Source of the DNA: Nitrospirota bacterium
GTDB taxonomy: Bacteria > Nitrospirota > UBA9217
NCBI GenBank assembly: GCA_963796285.1
Contig: CAWCKW010000012.1
Span: 1,440,001 to 1,504,000, forward strand
Length of the DNA: 64,000 nt
Direction of reading: 5' to 3'
The notes below the pieces were generated by a model. The model ran no database searches. It worked only from the letters and a program-made list of their open reading frames with translations, and was not told where the DNA came from. A program made the translations under genes and the position numbers. Position 1 is the first letter of the stretch. Each line of letters opens with the position of its first letter. Shown piece by piece: positions 33,422 to 42,291 of this stretch.

Positions 33422-34477
33422 CTAATCGCGCAAAATACGTCTTTCTGTCAAGTAGGTAAAGATGCTTTCGGCCGCTATCCGGTGTCCTTCCCTGGTCCAA
33501 TGAGGGTCCCGGGTAAAGTAAATCGGCCGCACACTGCTGTTTCGCAGCACGGGCAAAAGGGGCAAGGTTGGCAACTTTCTTGATTTGCCGTACTCGGTGA
33601 AGGTGTCAGAAAACTTGCCCATATTATTAGTAAAGAACCTATCGTTATATAGGTGTCCAAACCCCTTTTTCTCCCATTCCGTCCGGTCGATCTCAAGACA
33701 GGATGGGATGATGACCACGAGTGCTTTTGCACCTCGCGAGCGTGAGAAATCGCGAATATCAACGAGAAGTCCTTCGGTCCTGCGAAGCGCCCTCTCGAAC
33801 TCGGGACTATAGTGGTCCTGGTAAATAGCCAGAATGTTTTCTAAAATGAATTTTTTTGTGAAGGACTCGGTCAACAGAATCTGGAGCCGTCTCAGATAGG
33901 AGATGAAATAAAAACGATTTTTGAACCTTTGTTTTTTGAATGCCGCCGGTATCCCCTTCATGACATCATCGATGTCGTTGCTGTGCAGGCCGACGATGAC
34001 CAGGTCCGGTTCATATCTCAGCTGAAGTTTACGGAGATAGAGATATTCCTGCTCGGTTCCATACCCTTCAACTCCGGCGTTGATTACTTCATACCTTATA
34101 GCCGTATTACCACGGGACGCTTTGTTCAGCATCGCCTCGAGCAGTTTAGGGTATGATTCCTCGGCATTCACACCAACACCAAACGTAAAGGAATCCCCCA
34201 AGACTAAAATACGATACAGCTTAGGTTCTTTCTTCGCCGGATATTCATGATCGCGCAAGCCCTCCGAATTAATTTTAATAGATACGGAAAAATCGGATGT
34301 TTGATGTGCCATCGTATAATTCGGCACTAATGCATAGCCAAGTTTTTCATCAGGTTGGTGCATCAAGCGCAGCTTGACGCTGTCCGGCATCACCAGCCTC
34401 GTAATTCCTTCAGCCAATAAAAAAAGAACGCATACGGTAACGATCGAGACCAGACAGTTGACAATAATTTTTTTCAA
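33422..34477 (-). CDS. Membrane-anchored SGNH/GDSL protein
   Basis: N-terminal TM; INSEGLRD, LGDSFTFG, NAGVEGYG, DPHWTREGH. Confidence 0.85.
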   Translation of the reverse strand: MKKIIVNCLVSIVTVCVLFLLAEGITRLVMPDSVKLRLMHQPDEKLGYALVPNYTMAHQTSDFSVSIKINSEGLRDHEYPAKKEPKLYRILVLGDSFTFGVGVNAEESYPKLLEAMLNKASRGNTAIRYEVINAGVEGYGTEQEYLYLRKLQLRYEPDLVIVGLHSNDIDDVMKGIPAAFKKQRFKNRFYFISYLRRLQILLTESFTKKFILENILAIYQDHYSPEFERALRRTEGLLVDIRDFSRSRGAKALVVIIPSCLEIDRTEWEKKGFGHLYNDRFFTNNMGKFSDTFTEYGKSRKLPTLPLLPVLRNSSVRPIYFTRDPHWTREGHRIAAESIFTYLTERRILRD

Positions 34478-34593
34478 AAGAAACTCCCATCCTAAACGAA
34501 CAGAAACAGGAACCGCTGTACGGCATCACTCGGCAACGTTTGCCAACCATCAGGCCGTCCCTTACGCAAGTTTCGTCCGCATATATCGTTCAT

Positions 34594-36189
34594 CTATTGT
34601 TTCCTCCCCGCCACGACCGGATCGTGCATGATCAATCTTTTTAAATAGTCGCCGATCCGTTTCCAGTCCCCGCGGTTCAACGCCTTCCAACCTTTTATAA
34701 CCAATCGAAGCGACTCCCCGACGGCATAGAATAGGCTGTACAGCGGTCCAACTTTGACCCGGGAAAAGAACCTCACGGCACGGTCGCCGATCATGGGGGA
34801 CAATATCCACCGGGGGAAGTGCTGGAACGTGAGCAGATAGATAAGAAAGTTCGGATAGGTCTTTTTCGGGGGAATATAGAAAGGCTTCCGATAGATGTCC
34901 GTCGTCTCATCCTTGATCAGACCCTCGCCGCATGCTTTGTTGTATAGTTCGGTCCCCGGGAAAAAAACAAGGCTTGAGATGCAGAGGCCATAGGGTTTGG
35001 GGATCTTGAAGAGAAGCCTGACGGTATCCAGGATATCATCGGTCGTTTCCCAGGGGTTGTCGATGATGACATGGTAATCCGGCGTCATGATCCTCGAGCG
35101 ATACTTATGCAGCAGATTGGTTACCTCCAGGATCTTTTCATTCGATTCGGGGCGGTGATAGAGTTCCTTGATCTTTTTACTGCCCGTCTGGATGCCCATT
35201 TCAACATAAACCAGGCCCGCATCAATGAGGCATGCGAGCTTTTCCTCGGTCAGGGTCGTGGGACTGGCCTGGCAGTAAAAAGGGAGACCGATCTTTTCCC
35301 TGTAGAGAGCGGAGAATTGCTCGATCTGCTTGAACGGTCTGGCAAAAAAGGTATCATCGAAGAATTGGACGACCTCGACAAAAGGAAACTTGTTCTTCAT
35401 GGTAACCAGTTCATCAATGACATTGCCTATACTTCTGGCCCGCAGGAACGGCGTTCCCTCATCCCGGTACATCTCTTTGATGTTGGACATGTTGCAGTAA
35501 GCGCATTTGTGGGGACATCCCCGGTCGGTCATCGTCCTGAAGGCAGTCTTCAAGGAACCGTCGAAATAGGGCAGCACCGGCAGCGTTTTTTTGAAAATGT
35601 CATCGGTCAAGGGCACGATGTCGCGGCTCTCCCGCGCATAGATATAATGGCCCTCGTTTGAAAAGTCGAAATGCGGCAGTACATCAAGGTCTCTGATCAG
35701 GGGCCGGTGTCCGTTCCGGACGATCTCCTCACCCTTCCTGGACCATACCCCTCGCACTCCGTGCAGGTCTCCTCCGCCCGACATCCTCTCGAAAAGCTCA
35801 AGGAGAGCGTCTTCGCCCTCTCCTACGCAGACCATGTCGGCATATTCCAGACATTCCTCGGGCTTGCACGACGGATGGATCCCGCCCCAGATCACGGGGA
35901 CCTTAAGGGATTTCTTTATTGCCTGGGTGACCGTTATCGCCCTGTCATAATAGTTCGACATGAACGAGACACCGATAAGGTCCGAGTCCCTGCAGAGGTC
36001 CGTGATCTGATCAAGGGTCTCGCGGTTGTAGGTGTAGACGAACGTGCCGCCTTCCTTGAGCAGGCCGATGCTGCCGGGCAAAAATACGATCTGCGTTTGA
36101 TGTCCCTTGCTCCTCAGGTATGAGGATAGCGCTCGTACGCCGAAGGAACTTATATCGGGCGGAGTTGGCGCCAGTAGTGTCATTTTCAT
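34594..36189 (-). CDS. B12-binding radical SAM protein, paralog of 29062..30558
   Basis: PDISSFG, WGGIHP, VGEGED, RGCPHKCAYC, FDDTF, MGIQTG, FPGT. Confidence 0.9.
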   Translation of the reverse strand: MKMTLLAPTPPDISSFGVRALSSYLRSKGHQTQIVFLPGSIGLLKEGGTFVYTYNRETLDQITDLCRDSDLIGVSFMSNYYDRAITVTQAIKKSLKVPVIWGGIHPSCKPEECLEYADMVCVGEGEDALLELFERMSGGGDLHGVRGVWSRKGEEIVRNGHRPLIRDLDVLPHFDFSNEGHYIYARESRDIVPLTDDIFKKTLPVLPYFDGSLKTAFRTMTDRGCPHKCAYCNMSNIKEMYRDEGTPFLRARSIGNVIDELVTMKNKFPFVEVVQFFDDTFFARPFKQIEQFSALYREKIGLPFYCQASPTTLTEEKLACLIDAGLVYVEMGIQTGSKKIKELYHRPESNEKILEVTNLLHKYRSRIMTPDYHVIIDNPWETTDDILDTVRLLFKIPKPYGLCISSLVFFPGTELYNKACGEGLIKDETTDIYRKPFYIPPKKTYPNFLIYLLTFQHFPRWILSPMIGDRAVRFFSRVKVGPLYSLFYAVGESLRLVIKGWKALNRGDWKRIGDYLKRLIMHDPVVAGRKQ

Positions 36190-36406
36190 AGCTTATTTCC
36201 CCTTGGAGATGTTGCCTGTACCTTTCAGCGCGCGCGTGCGTCTTTTTTTTATCACCTGATAAATCTTTTTCACAAGGAACTGCGGATCGTTCCTGAGCAA
36301 TGTCCCTGAGAACGGCCGCAATATACCCCAAATCCGAGTGGAAAATAGGGCGACTGGCCGACCCCTTCGATCGAGTGTAAGGAGACCTTATTAACAGAAC
36401 TTTCAT
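36190..36406 (-). pseudogene. Remnant N-terminus of a further B12-binding radical SAM gene
   Basis: ATG overlaps the upstream stop (ATGA) with GGAG RBS; MKVLLIRSPY...DLGYIAAVLR, then no recognisable sequence. Confidence 0.55.
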
Positions 36407-37371
36407 GGTTTCCTTTCTCCAGCTAAGAGAAACGGGGTGTCTCCCTGTTCTTCCATGAACCTCCTTAACGCGAGAAACGTCAGGTAATGGCACGGATATT
36501 TTACCACGTAGGGTTCAAATCGCGAAATAAAAAGCTCCACATTCTGCTGAATGTATCTGGCATCGTGACCCCGCAGCAGTTGCAAGGGGGAGTCTATTAT
36601 CATTGTGTGGATTCCGTCATCGTTCCGTATCATGAAAACGGGGAGCACGGAACACTCCACTCTCATAGCCAGCTCCAGTGCCCCCGTGGGAAATAACGCC
36701 TTCTTTCCAAGAAAATCCACTTCGATCCTGTTCTTGCCCCCCCCGCCGTCTACGGCAATGCCGAGGACTTCATTGTTTTTCAGCGCGACAAAGGCGCTTT
36801 TCAGAGAGCCGAAGATATTTATATGTTTGACCGGCAAAGACAGTTCCTGCTGCCATCTAAGCTCCAGTGCTTTTTTCCCCATAGGGCTGAACTTCTTGTT
36901 CGGTAACTTTTCCACCCAGACCGTCGGAGGTGCGCTCAGTTGACTCATTCTGTATCCCTTGTATCCGACAGCGGGCATGATCATCTGGTTGGCGCCGAAA
37001 TGGGCGAAAAGCAGCATTGCGCCTTTTCCTGATGACAGGGCATTATCCAGATGCTCCATTCCCTCGTATCTGACAAAAGAACCGATATTTTCCCGGCTCA
37101 TCGTAGGAAAGAGCAGGACCTCCAGTTCGTTCTGCAGCCAAATGGAAAAAGTCTTCTTTACCACCGCCTTCGCGTCTCTGTCAAATATGATCTCACTGAA
37201 TACTTCGCGGTACTCCTGTTCTAATTGCCTTCGTTTCCCCCGCGAAAGGGAATAATAAACTCTACTCATCATCCTGGCGATCGCATAGGAACAGCTCACG
37301 GGGATACGGCGGATGCACAACCTGAAGGGGTACCAGTATAGCCACAACAAAAGGTCTCTAAGAATGCCCAT
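36403..37371 (-). CDS. LpxL/HtrB-like lipid acyltransferase, paralog of 25360..26319
   Basis: RD.L.L..WYP.R shared N-terminus; GMEHLDNALSSGKGAMLLFAHFG; FLGKKALFPTG. Confidence 0.8.
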   Translation of the reverse strand: MGILRDLLLWLYWYPFRLCIRRIPVSCSYAIARMMSRVYYSLSRGKRRQLEQEYREVFSEIIFDRDAKAVVKKTFSIWLQNELEVLLFPTMSRENIGSFVRYEGMEHLDNALSSGKGAMLLFAHFGANQMIMPAVGYKGYRMSQLSAPPTVWVEKLPNKKFSPMGKKALELRWQQELSLPVKHINIFGSLKSAFVALKNNEVLGIAVDGGGGKNRIEVDFLGKKALFPTGALELAMRVECSVLPVFMIRNDDGIHTMIIDSPLQLLRGHDARYIQQNVELFISRFEPYVVKYPCHYLTFLALRRFMEEQGDTPFLLAGERKP

Positions 37372-38985
37372 TTATTCTAGATAGCCGAGATCCCTAAGTT
37401 TTTCCGAGATCTTTCGGTCTTCGTCTTCCGAGAGTGATGCAGCCGGCGATTCCTGAGTATGCACGTCTGATGAGAAGCGTACGGGGTGTTTCAACAAAAA
37501 GGCTTCATTCATTGATTCTTCAAGCACTCTTCCATCCATGTATTCCGGGATTGCTTCATCCAATAAATGGAGCACCGTAGGCGCGACATCGATGATTCTG
37601 CATCCCTGTATCTCCTTATTTCTCCTGGTCGGCGGGCCCTGAACGATAAAGATCCCATCGTGTTCATGCCTGCCCGACCATCGGTGGGACAGAAACAGGC
37701 TGTTCTCAAAATCTTTTTTAAAAAAGAGAAACTCATTCGGGGCAATGATTTGATACCCGCCCTCGCAGACCACGATCAGATCCGGAGCGAGCTGTGTATG
37801 GTCTCCACTATAGATCTCATCGCGCCGATGTACGGCTTTGATAACTTTTCCCCCGCTGTCATCTCTTACATCAAGCAGGGCGCTTCTGATCTTCTCAATC
37901 GTTTCATGATAGCGGTCCGGTCCGACCATCTGGGTATTGATGAAGATGCCGCCCCCGACGCCTTCGGAAAAGGCAATAGTTCGATTCCAGTCTATGAGCG
38001 AGGGGAACCGGTTGATATCGTCTTTGTCGGAATCCGTCACGCCTGATACGACCTTTCCCTGACCGACGAAACGCTTGATCACCCTCGCCAGGCGAGTCCT
38101 GATCCCTGACGTACTCTTGAAGGCATGGGAAAAATCCTGGTTCAAGAAGAGATAACCGTTCTTCTGCAGCCATAAGTTCAGGAAGAAGGCTGTATTCAAT
38201 GGGCCCGATCCGTGGTCGGAGACCATCACAATGGTGGCATCCTCTCCGGCCTGAGCAATCAGGCGGCCCAACGATTCATCCATTTTCTCGTACACTGTTG
38301 CTATTGCATCACCATATTTCTTATGCTCTGGATGGGAGGGGTCAAGGTATTTCCAGTAGAAATGTTGTGCCCGGTCAGAAGACATGAATACACAAAAAAA
38401 GTAGTCCCATTCGTATTTGTCCATAAGATAGGACGCGATCTTTTCCCGGAACGACACATCGATGGAAAGGATCGACTTCAGATATGCGCCGGGAGATCCG
38501 CTCTGCTTGCATTCGATCGAGTAGTGCCCGAATTTCCCGGACAATTCGTCTTTTAACTCCGGGGGATACATGAAGTTATCTGCGCCCTCGGGTGTAAACA
38601 TGCCGGGTATGACGAAACCATTCACTTCATCGGGAGGGTAGGTCACTGGAACGTTCATTACCCCTACCTTTTTCCCCCGTTCGCTCAGCAGCGACCAGAG
38701 GGGCTTGGTCTTTCTCATGGAGGCATTGATGAAATTGATCTTTTTCTTCTCCCAGGAGAAGAGCATGGCATCAAAGACAGCGTGCTTCCCGGGATTCACA
38801 CCAGTGCTCATCGAGGTCCAGGCCGTAGGAGTCAAGGCCGGGATGGTCGATTCCATCCTCCCCCATACGCCGTTTTTCATGAGGTTTGCCACATTCGGCA
38901 GGCGACCTGCAGCGACCATCGGCCCGATAATATCAAACGTAGCACCATCCCAGCCGACCATCAATATTTTTGACCTGTCTGTCAT
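37372..38985 (-). CDS. Alkaline phosphatase superfamily (NPP-like) protein
   Basis: VGWDGA, STIPALTPTAWTSMSTGVNPGKH, DRAQH, SDHG, SGRH, IIDVAPT, LRDLGY. Confidence 0.88.
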   Translation of the reverse strand: MTDRSKILMVGWDGATFDIIGPMVAAGRLPNVANLMKNGVWGRMESTIPALTPTAWTSMSTGVNPGKHAVFDAMLFSWEKKKINFINASMRKTKPLWSLLSERGKKVGVMNVPVTYPPDEVNGFVIPGMFTPEGADNFMYPPELKDELSGKFGHYSIECKQSGSPGAYLKSILSIDVSFREKIASYLMDKYEWDYFFCVFMSSDRAQHFYWKYLDPSHPEHKKYGDAIATVYEKMDESLGRLIAQAGEDATIVMVSDHGSGPLNTAFFLNLWLQKNGYLFLNQDFSHAFKSTSGIRTRLARVIKRFVGQGKVVSGVTDSDKDDINRFPSLIDWNRTIAFSEGVGGGIFINTQMVGPDRYHETIEKIRSALLDVRDDSGGKVIKAVHRRDEIYSGDHTQLAPDLIVVCEGGYQIIAPNEFLFFKKDFENSLFLSHRWSGRHEHDGIFIVQGPPTRRNKEIQGCRIIDVAPTVLHLLDEAIPEYMDGRVLEESMNEAFLLKHPVRFSSDVHTQESPAASLSEDEDRKISEKLRDLGYLE

Positions 38986-40442
38986 TCCTGTCTCCTCCTG
39001 GTGGGTATGGAACGGATCATGCCTTTAATAAAAGAGACCTCATCCACGGTAACGACGCGAGTGACCATGATAATGCCCAGAAATAATATCATTCCCGCGA
39101 GTGCGGCAGCCAGAACCGATAGTGGTTTGAGAAGAACAATCGCTGTTACGCTGATAAGAACGGTTGCGAGCATCTTCACGATGGTTCTATCGAGCCGTAC
39201 GCGCAGACCGTTCTGTCCCACGAAATACAATGAGCAGAGAAAGAGTACTGTGTAGGAAAGCACCGATAGATAGGAAGCGGCGACATAGCCGTGCGAAGGG
39301 ATAAAGATCACGGCAAGCAGCGAATTCATTGCCAGGGTTACGCCGGCATATATCACACTATATTTCTGTTTGTGCATCGCAATCAGCACAACATTGAGAA
39401 ACATATCCATGGTAAGGGGAATGATCGCCCAGGACACGATCGTCAAAGCCGTGACCGAGTGAATGTATTTACTGCCGTACACTATTCCAATAATCTCGCT
39501 TGAAAAAAGTGAGATATTCATGCCGCAGAAGATGCTTCCGACCAACAAGAATCTGAATATTTTTTCATACAATAGGGCTAACTTCTCCGGATCGGTGTTC
39601 ATCAGACGCGAAAAAACGGGAAATAACGCCATTACCAAGGACATCGGCACTATCTGTAGCTGCATAATGAGGCTGTGGGGCGCCTGGAAATAAGAGACAT
39701 CGCTGATAGTTCCAAACCACTTCAGCATCAATACGTTTATTTTAAAAAGGTTCTGGTAAAAAAATATTCCAACTCCTATCACAACGGAATCCTTGAGGAA
39801 CTTTTTGAAGACGGCCCTTTCTACGGTAAAAGCTGGACGGACAAACTTTCGCGAAAGGATAAGGGAGGACAGAGCCAGCTGTGTCAGGTTAGCAAAGGCA
39901 GGAGCGATAAAAAGCCAGACAAATCCCATATCAAAGGTGATAACTGCCGCGATGCCGATCGAAAGAACAAGACCGTTCATAAGAGCGATGAACGGTTCGT
40001 AGATCATTTTTTCGAATGCCTGAAATACGGACTTGGAAAGCATGCTGAACGACAGGAAGAATTCAGACGCAATAGCGATAAGGCCCGCAGCCAGGAGAAG
40101 GCCTCTCAATGCCATAACATACATGGAGATACACAGCGCCAGGACTGCAATGACCGACAGGAGGGTCCGCAGTTCTATAGCGGCACCGAGGATCTGGGCC
40201 GCCAACGTATTATCGTTTGCAATCTCCCTTATCAAGACAGACTGGATCCCGAAATAGGCCAGCGCCATGATTGAGGAGACAAAAGCGAGGATGTAGGAAT
40301 ACTCGCCGTATTGGTCCACGGAAAGATATCGTGCCACAACAACAACGACGAAGAAGGAGGACGCGATCTGTATGCCGCGAGAGAGCAGAATGAAGACGGA
40401 GTTCTTTAATATTTTTGTCGATGAAACGTCTTTCTGTTCCAC
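38982..40442 (-). CDS. wzx: Wzx-type polysaccharide flippase
   Basis: MOP-family multi-TM; VARYLSVDQYGEY, LIREIA, LFPVFSR. Confidence 0.88.
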   Translation of the reverse strand: MEQKDVSSTKILKNSVFILLSRGIQIASSFFVVVVVARYLSVDQYGEYSYILAFVSSIMALAYFGIQSVLIREIANDNTLAAQILGAAIELRTLLSVIAVLALCISMYVMALRGLLLAAGLIAIASEFFLSFSMLSKSVFQAFEKMIYEPFIALMNGLVLSIGIAAVITFDMGFVWLFIAPAFANLTQLALSSLILSRKFVRPAFTVERAVFKKFLKDSVVIGVGIFFYQNLFKINVLMLKWFGTISDVSYFQAPHSLIMQLQIVPMSLVMALFPVFSRLMNTDPEKLALLYEKIFRFLLVGSIFCGMNISLFSSEIIGIVYGSKYIHSVTALTIVSWAIIPLTMDMFLNVVLIAMHKQKYSVIYAGVTLAMNSLLAVIFIPSHGYVAASYLSVLSYTVLFLCSLYFVGQNGLRVRLDRTIVKMLATVLISVTAIVLLKPLSVLAAALAGMILFLGIIMVTRVVTVDEVSFIKGMIRSIPTRRRQE

Positions 40443-40531
40443 AGCAGGCCATCCTTTGTCCCGCGCCGGCAGCTCCTCGCCACAAACGAGCAGGTCTGTA
40501 AGTACCGACTACACGGTCCTCGAATAAGTTA

Positions 40532-42277
40532 TTAGTAACTCACCTCGAGGAATTGCGGTGCATTGACTGCTTCGAGCACGATGGACTGGTTTGGCGCCAG
40601 GTACATTACTCTGCCATTGAGACTGGTCAACGCCATGGACACCGGCTTACGGCTAAAGGCAAGGGTATAGTTGACCGTTTGTCCGTCAAGAGCCACACTT
40701 TGACCCTTCTGATATTTCAAGGGTTTAAAAAAAACAAACAGCTCCTTGTTCCCTGCTTGAAATTTTTCGATCCACGCCTCGTTCTCTGCGTCGAATGCCC
40801 CACTGATATGGGCTGCATAGTGGAACTCGTTCAGTTTCGAAATCAGAAGACCCGCTGCCCTGACCGTTCTTGTAGAGGAGCCGTCCGGTTTCATGGAAGC
40901 GAACAAAAATTCTCCCATGCTGCCTCTCGGGCCGATCTTGAGCGGAATAATTCCCCTTAACACATACCGTCCGTTGATCATCAGAGTACGCTTAATCAGC
41001 AGTTCCTGGACAGTGTAAGCAGCGGTGAGCATGTCATCCTCGTCCGAAATAAACGGCGTCAACCGGGACGTAACGTTGATATGTTCGGTGTCGATTATCA
41101 TCCTGTCGGACCATCCGTTTGCATCGAGTCTTTTACGGATTTCGAGTATGCCTTCCGGCCCTGCGTATTTGTTCTCAGCGGCCCTTCTCGTTGGAGGCAG
41201 CGCGATCTTATTGACCTCGACTGTAGGATAACCATGGAACGCCCAGAAATCGAACCTCGCGTTGTTTCTCTTGTCCAAAAAATATTCTATCTGGCCGATC
41301 GATTTGTCGTCTCGCACCGTTCCTTCCCAGTATTCAAAACCCGGCGTGCCCACCATGATCTCCGGATATTTCCCCTTGATGCGCTCATAGACCCTGTTTT
41401 GCAGCTCCGCTAACTGTTCCTTGGTCCCTTTCCACCAGGATCCAGGCGAGTTGATCAATTCCAAATACCTGATATTTGCATCGGTCTTATATCGTGAAAT
41501 GAACCAATCAATAAAATTAACGTAGCGCTCGATATCCGGGGACGTAACAGGTCTCATATGATCATGTGTTATCATCGGGATCATACTCCACCCATTTTCC
41601 CTGAACAGTTTCACGACATCGTCCACGTTGTAACTCTTTACGCAGTTAACCGGTGACGGCAGGCAGACAGTGGGCAAATATGTTTTCCCATCCTCGGTAG
41701 AAAAAAAGCCTATTTGGAATCGGACCTTCAGATACCGCACCGGCAATATACTGTTCAGTGCGTCTCTCGCGATCGTACCAAGATACCCGGGATACACTTC
41801 GGTGCCCCACAGAAAGTTATCGGCATCGAGGCCGCTGCCTGTGGCGATTCCAAGCTGTCTCGGGGCCGAGGCCGGATTCGGCTGGGGCGCTATGGCGGCA
41901 TCCTTAACGGGACTACTTCCTCCTTGCCTCGCGTTATCCAACCTGCGTATTGCCTCCGCAACCGCAGGTGCGGCTTGATTATAATCTCCGCTCTGGATCA
42001 GCATCTCAATTCTTTTCGCTTCCTGGGGAGACAGGATCTCGTGCGCAGGCATGTGATTCTGGACCATCGCCTTTACGAGGGTCACCAGCTTTTGATAATG
42101 GACTGCAACATTCGCAGGAATTGTCGGCGACGCCATCTCTTCCCTGAGCAACTCCGAAATGGAATGGTCGATGTCAAGCGGGGGGCGATCATCACGTCTT
42201 TGCGCCATTGCTTGATCGTGAGTTATGATGATAAACGACATCACACCGAGCAGCAGGAATAACCGCGCCTTTTTCAT
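40532..42277 (-). CDS. Secreted protein, putative GH-A clan TIM-barrel glycoside hydrolase-like
   Basis: Signal peptide (AMA-Q); YLELINSP, IKGKYPEIMVG, FDFWAFHGYP, IIDTEH pattern. Confidence 0.5.
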   Translation of the reverse strand: MKKARLFLLLGVMSFIIITHDQAMAQRRDDRPPLDIDHSISELLREEMASPTIPANVAVHYQKLVTLVKAMVQNHMPAHEILSPQEAKRIEMLIQSGDYNQAAPAVAEAIRRLDNARQGGSSPVKDAAIAPQPNPASAPRQLGIATGSGLDADNFLWGTEVYPGYLGTIARDALNSILPVRYLKVRFQIGFFSTEDGKTYLPTVCLPSPVNCVKSYNVDDVVKLFRENGWSMIPMITHDHMRPVTSPDIERYVNFIDWFISRYKTDANIRYLELINSPGSWWKGTKEQLAELQNRVYERIKGKYPEIMVGTPGFEYWEGTVRDDKSIGQIEYFLDKRNNARFDFWAFHGYPTVEVNKIALPPTRRAAENKYAGPEGILEIRKRLDANGWSDRMIIDTEHINVTSRLTPFISDEDDMLTAAYTVQELLIKRTLMINGRYVLRGIIPLKIGPRGSMGEFLFASMKPDGSSTRTVRAAGLLISKLNEFHYAAHISGAFDAENEAWIEKFQAGNKELFVFFKPLKYQKGQSVALDGQTVNYTLAFSRKPVSMALTSLNGRVMYLAPNQSIVLEAVNAPQFLEVSY

Positions 42278-42291
42278 AGATCATCCATTTC

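Noticed and set aside
30990-34477. Saxitoxin biosynthesis cluster
   Set aside because: Only sxtI/J/K-like genes are present; no sxtA, sxtG or sxtB
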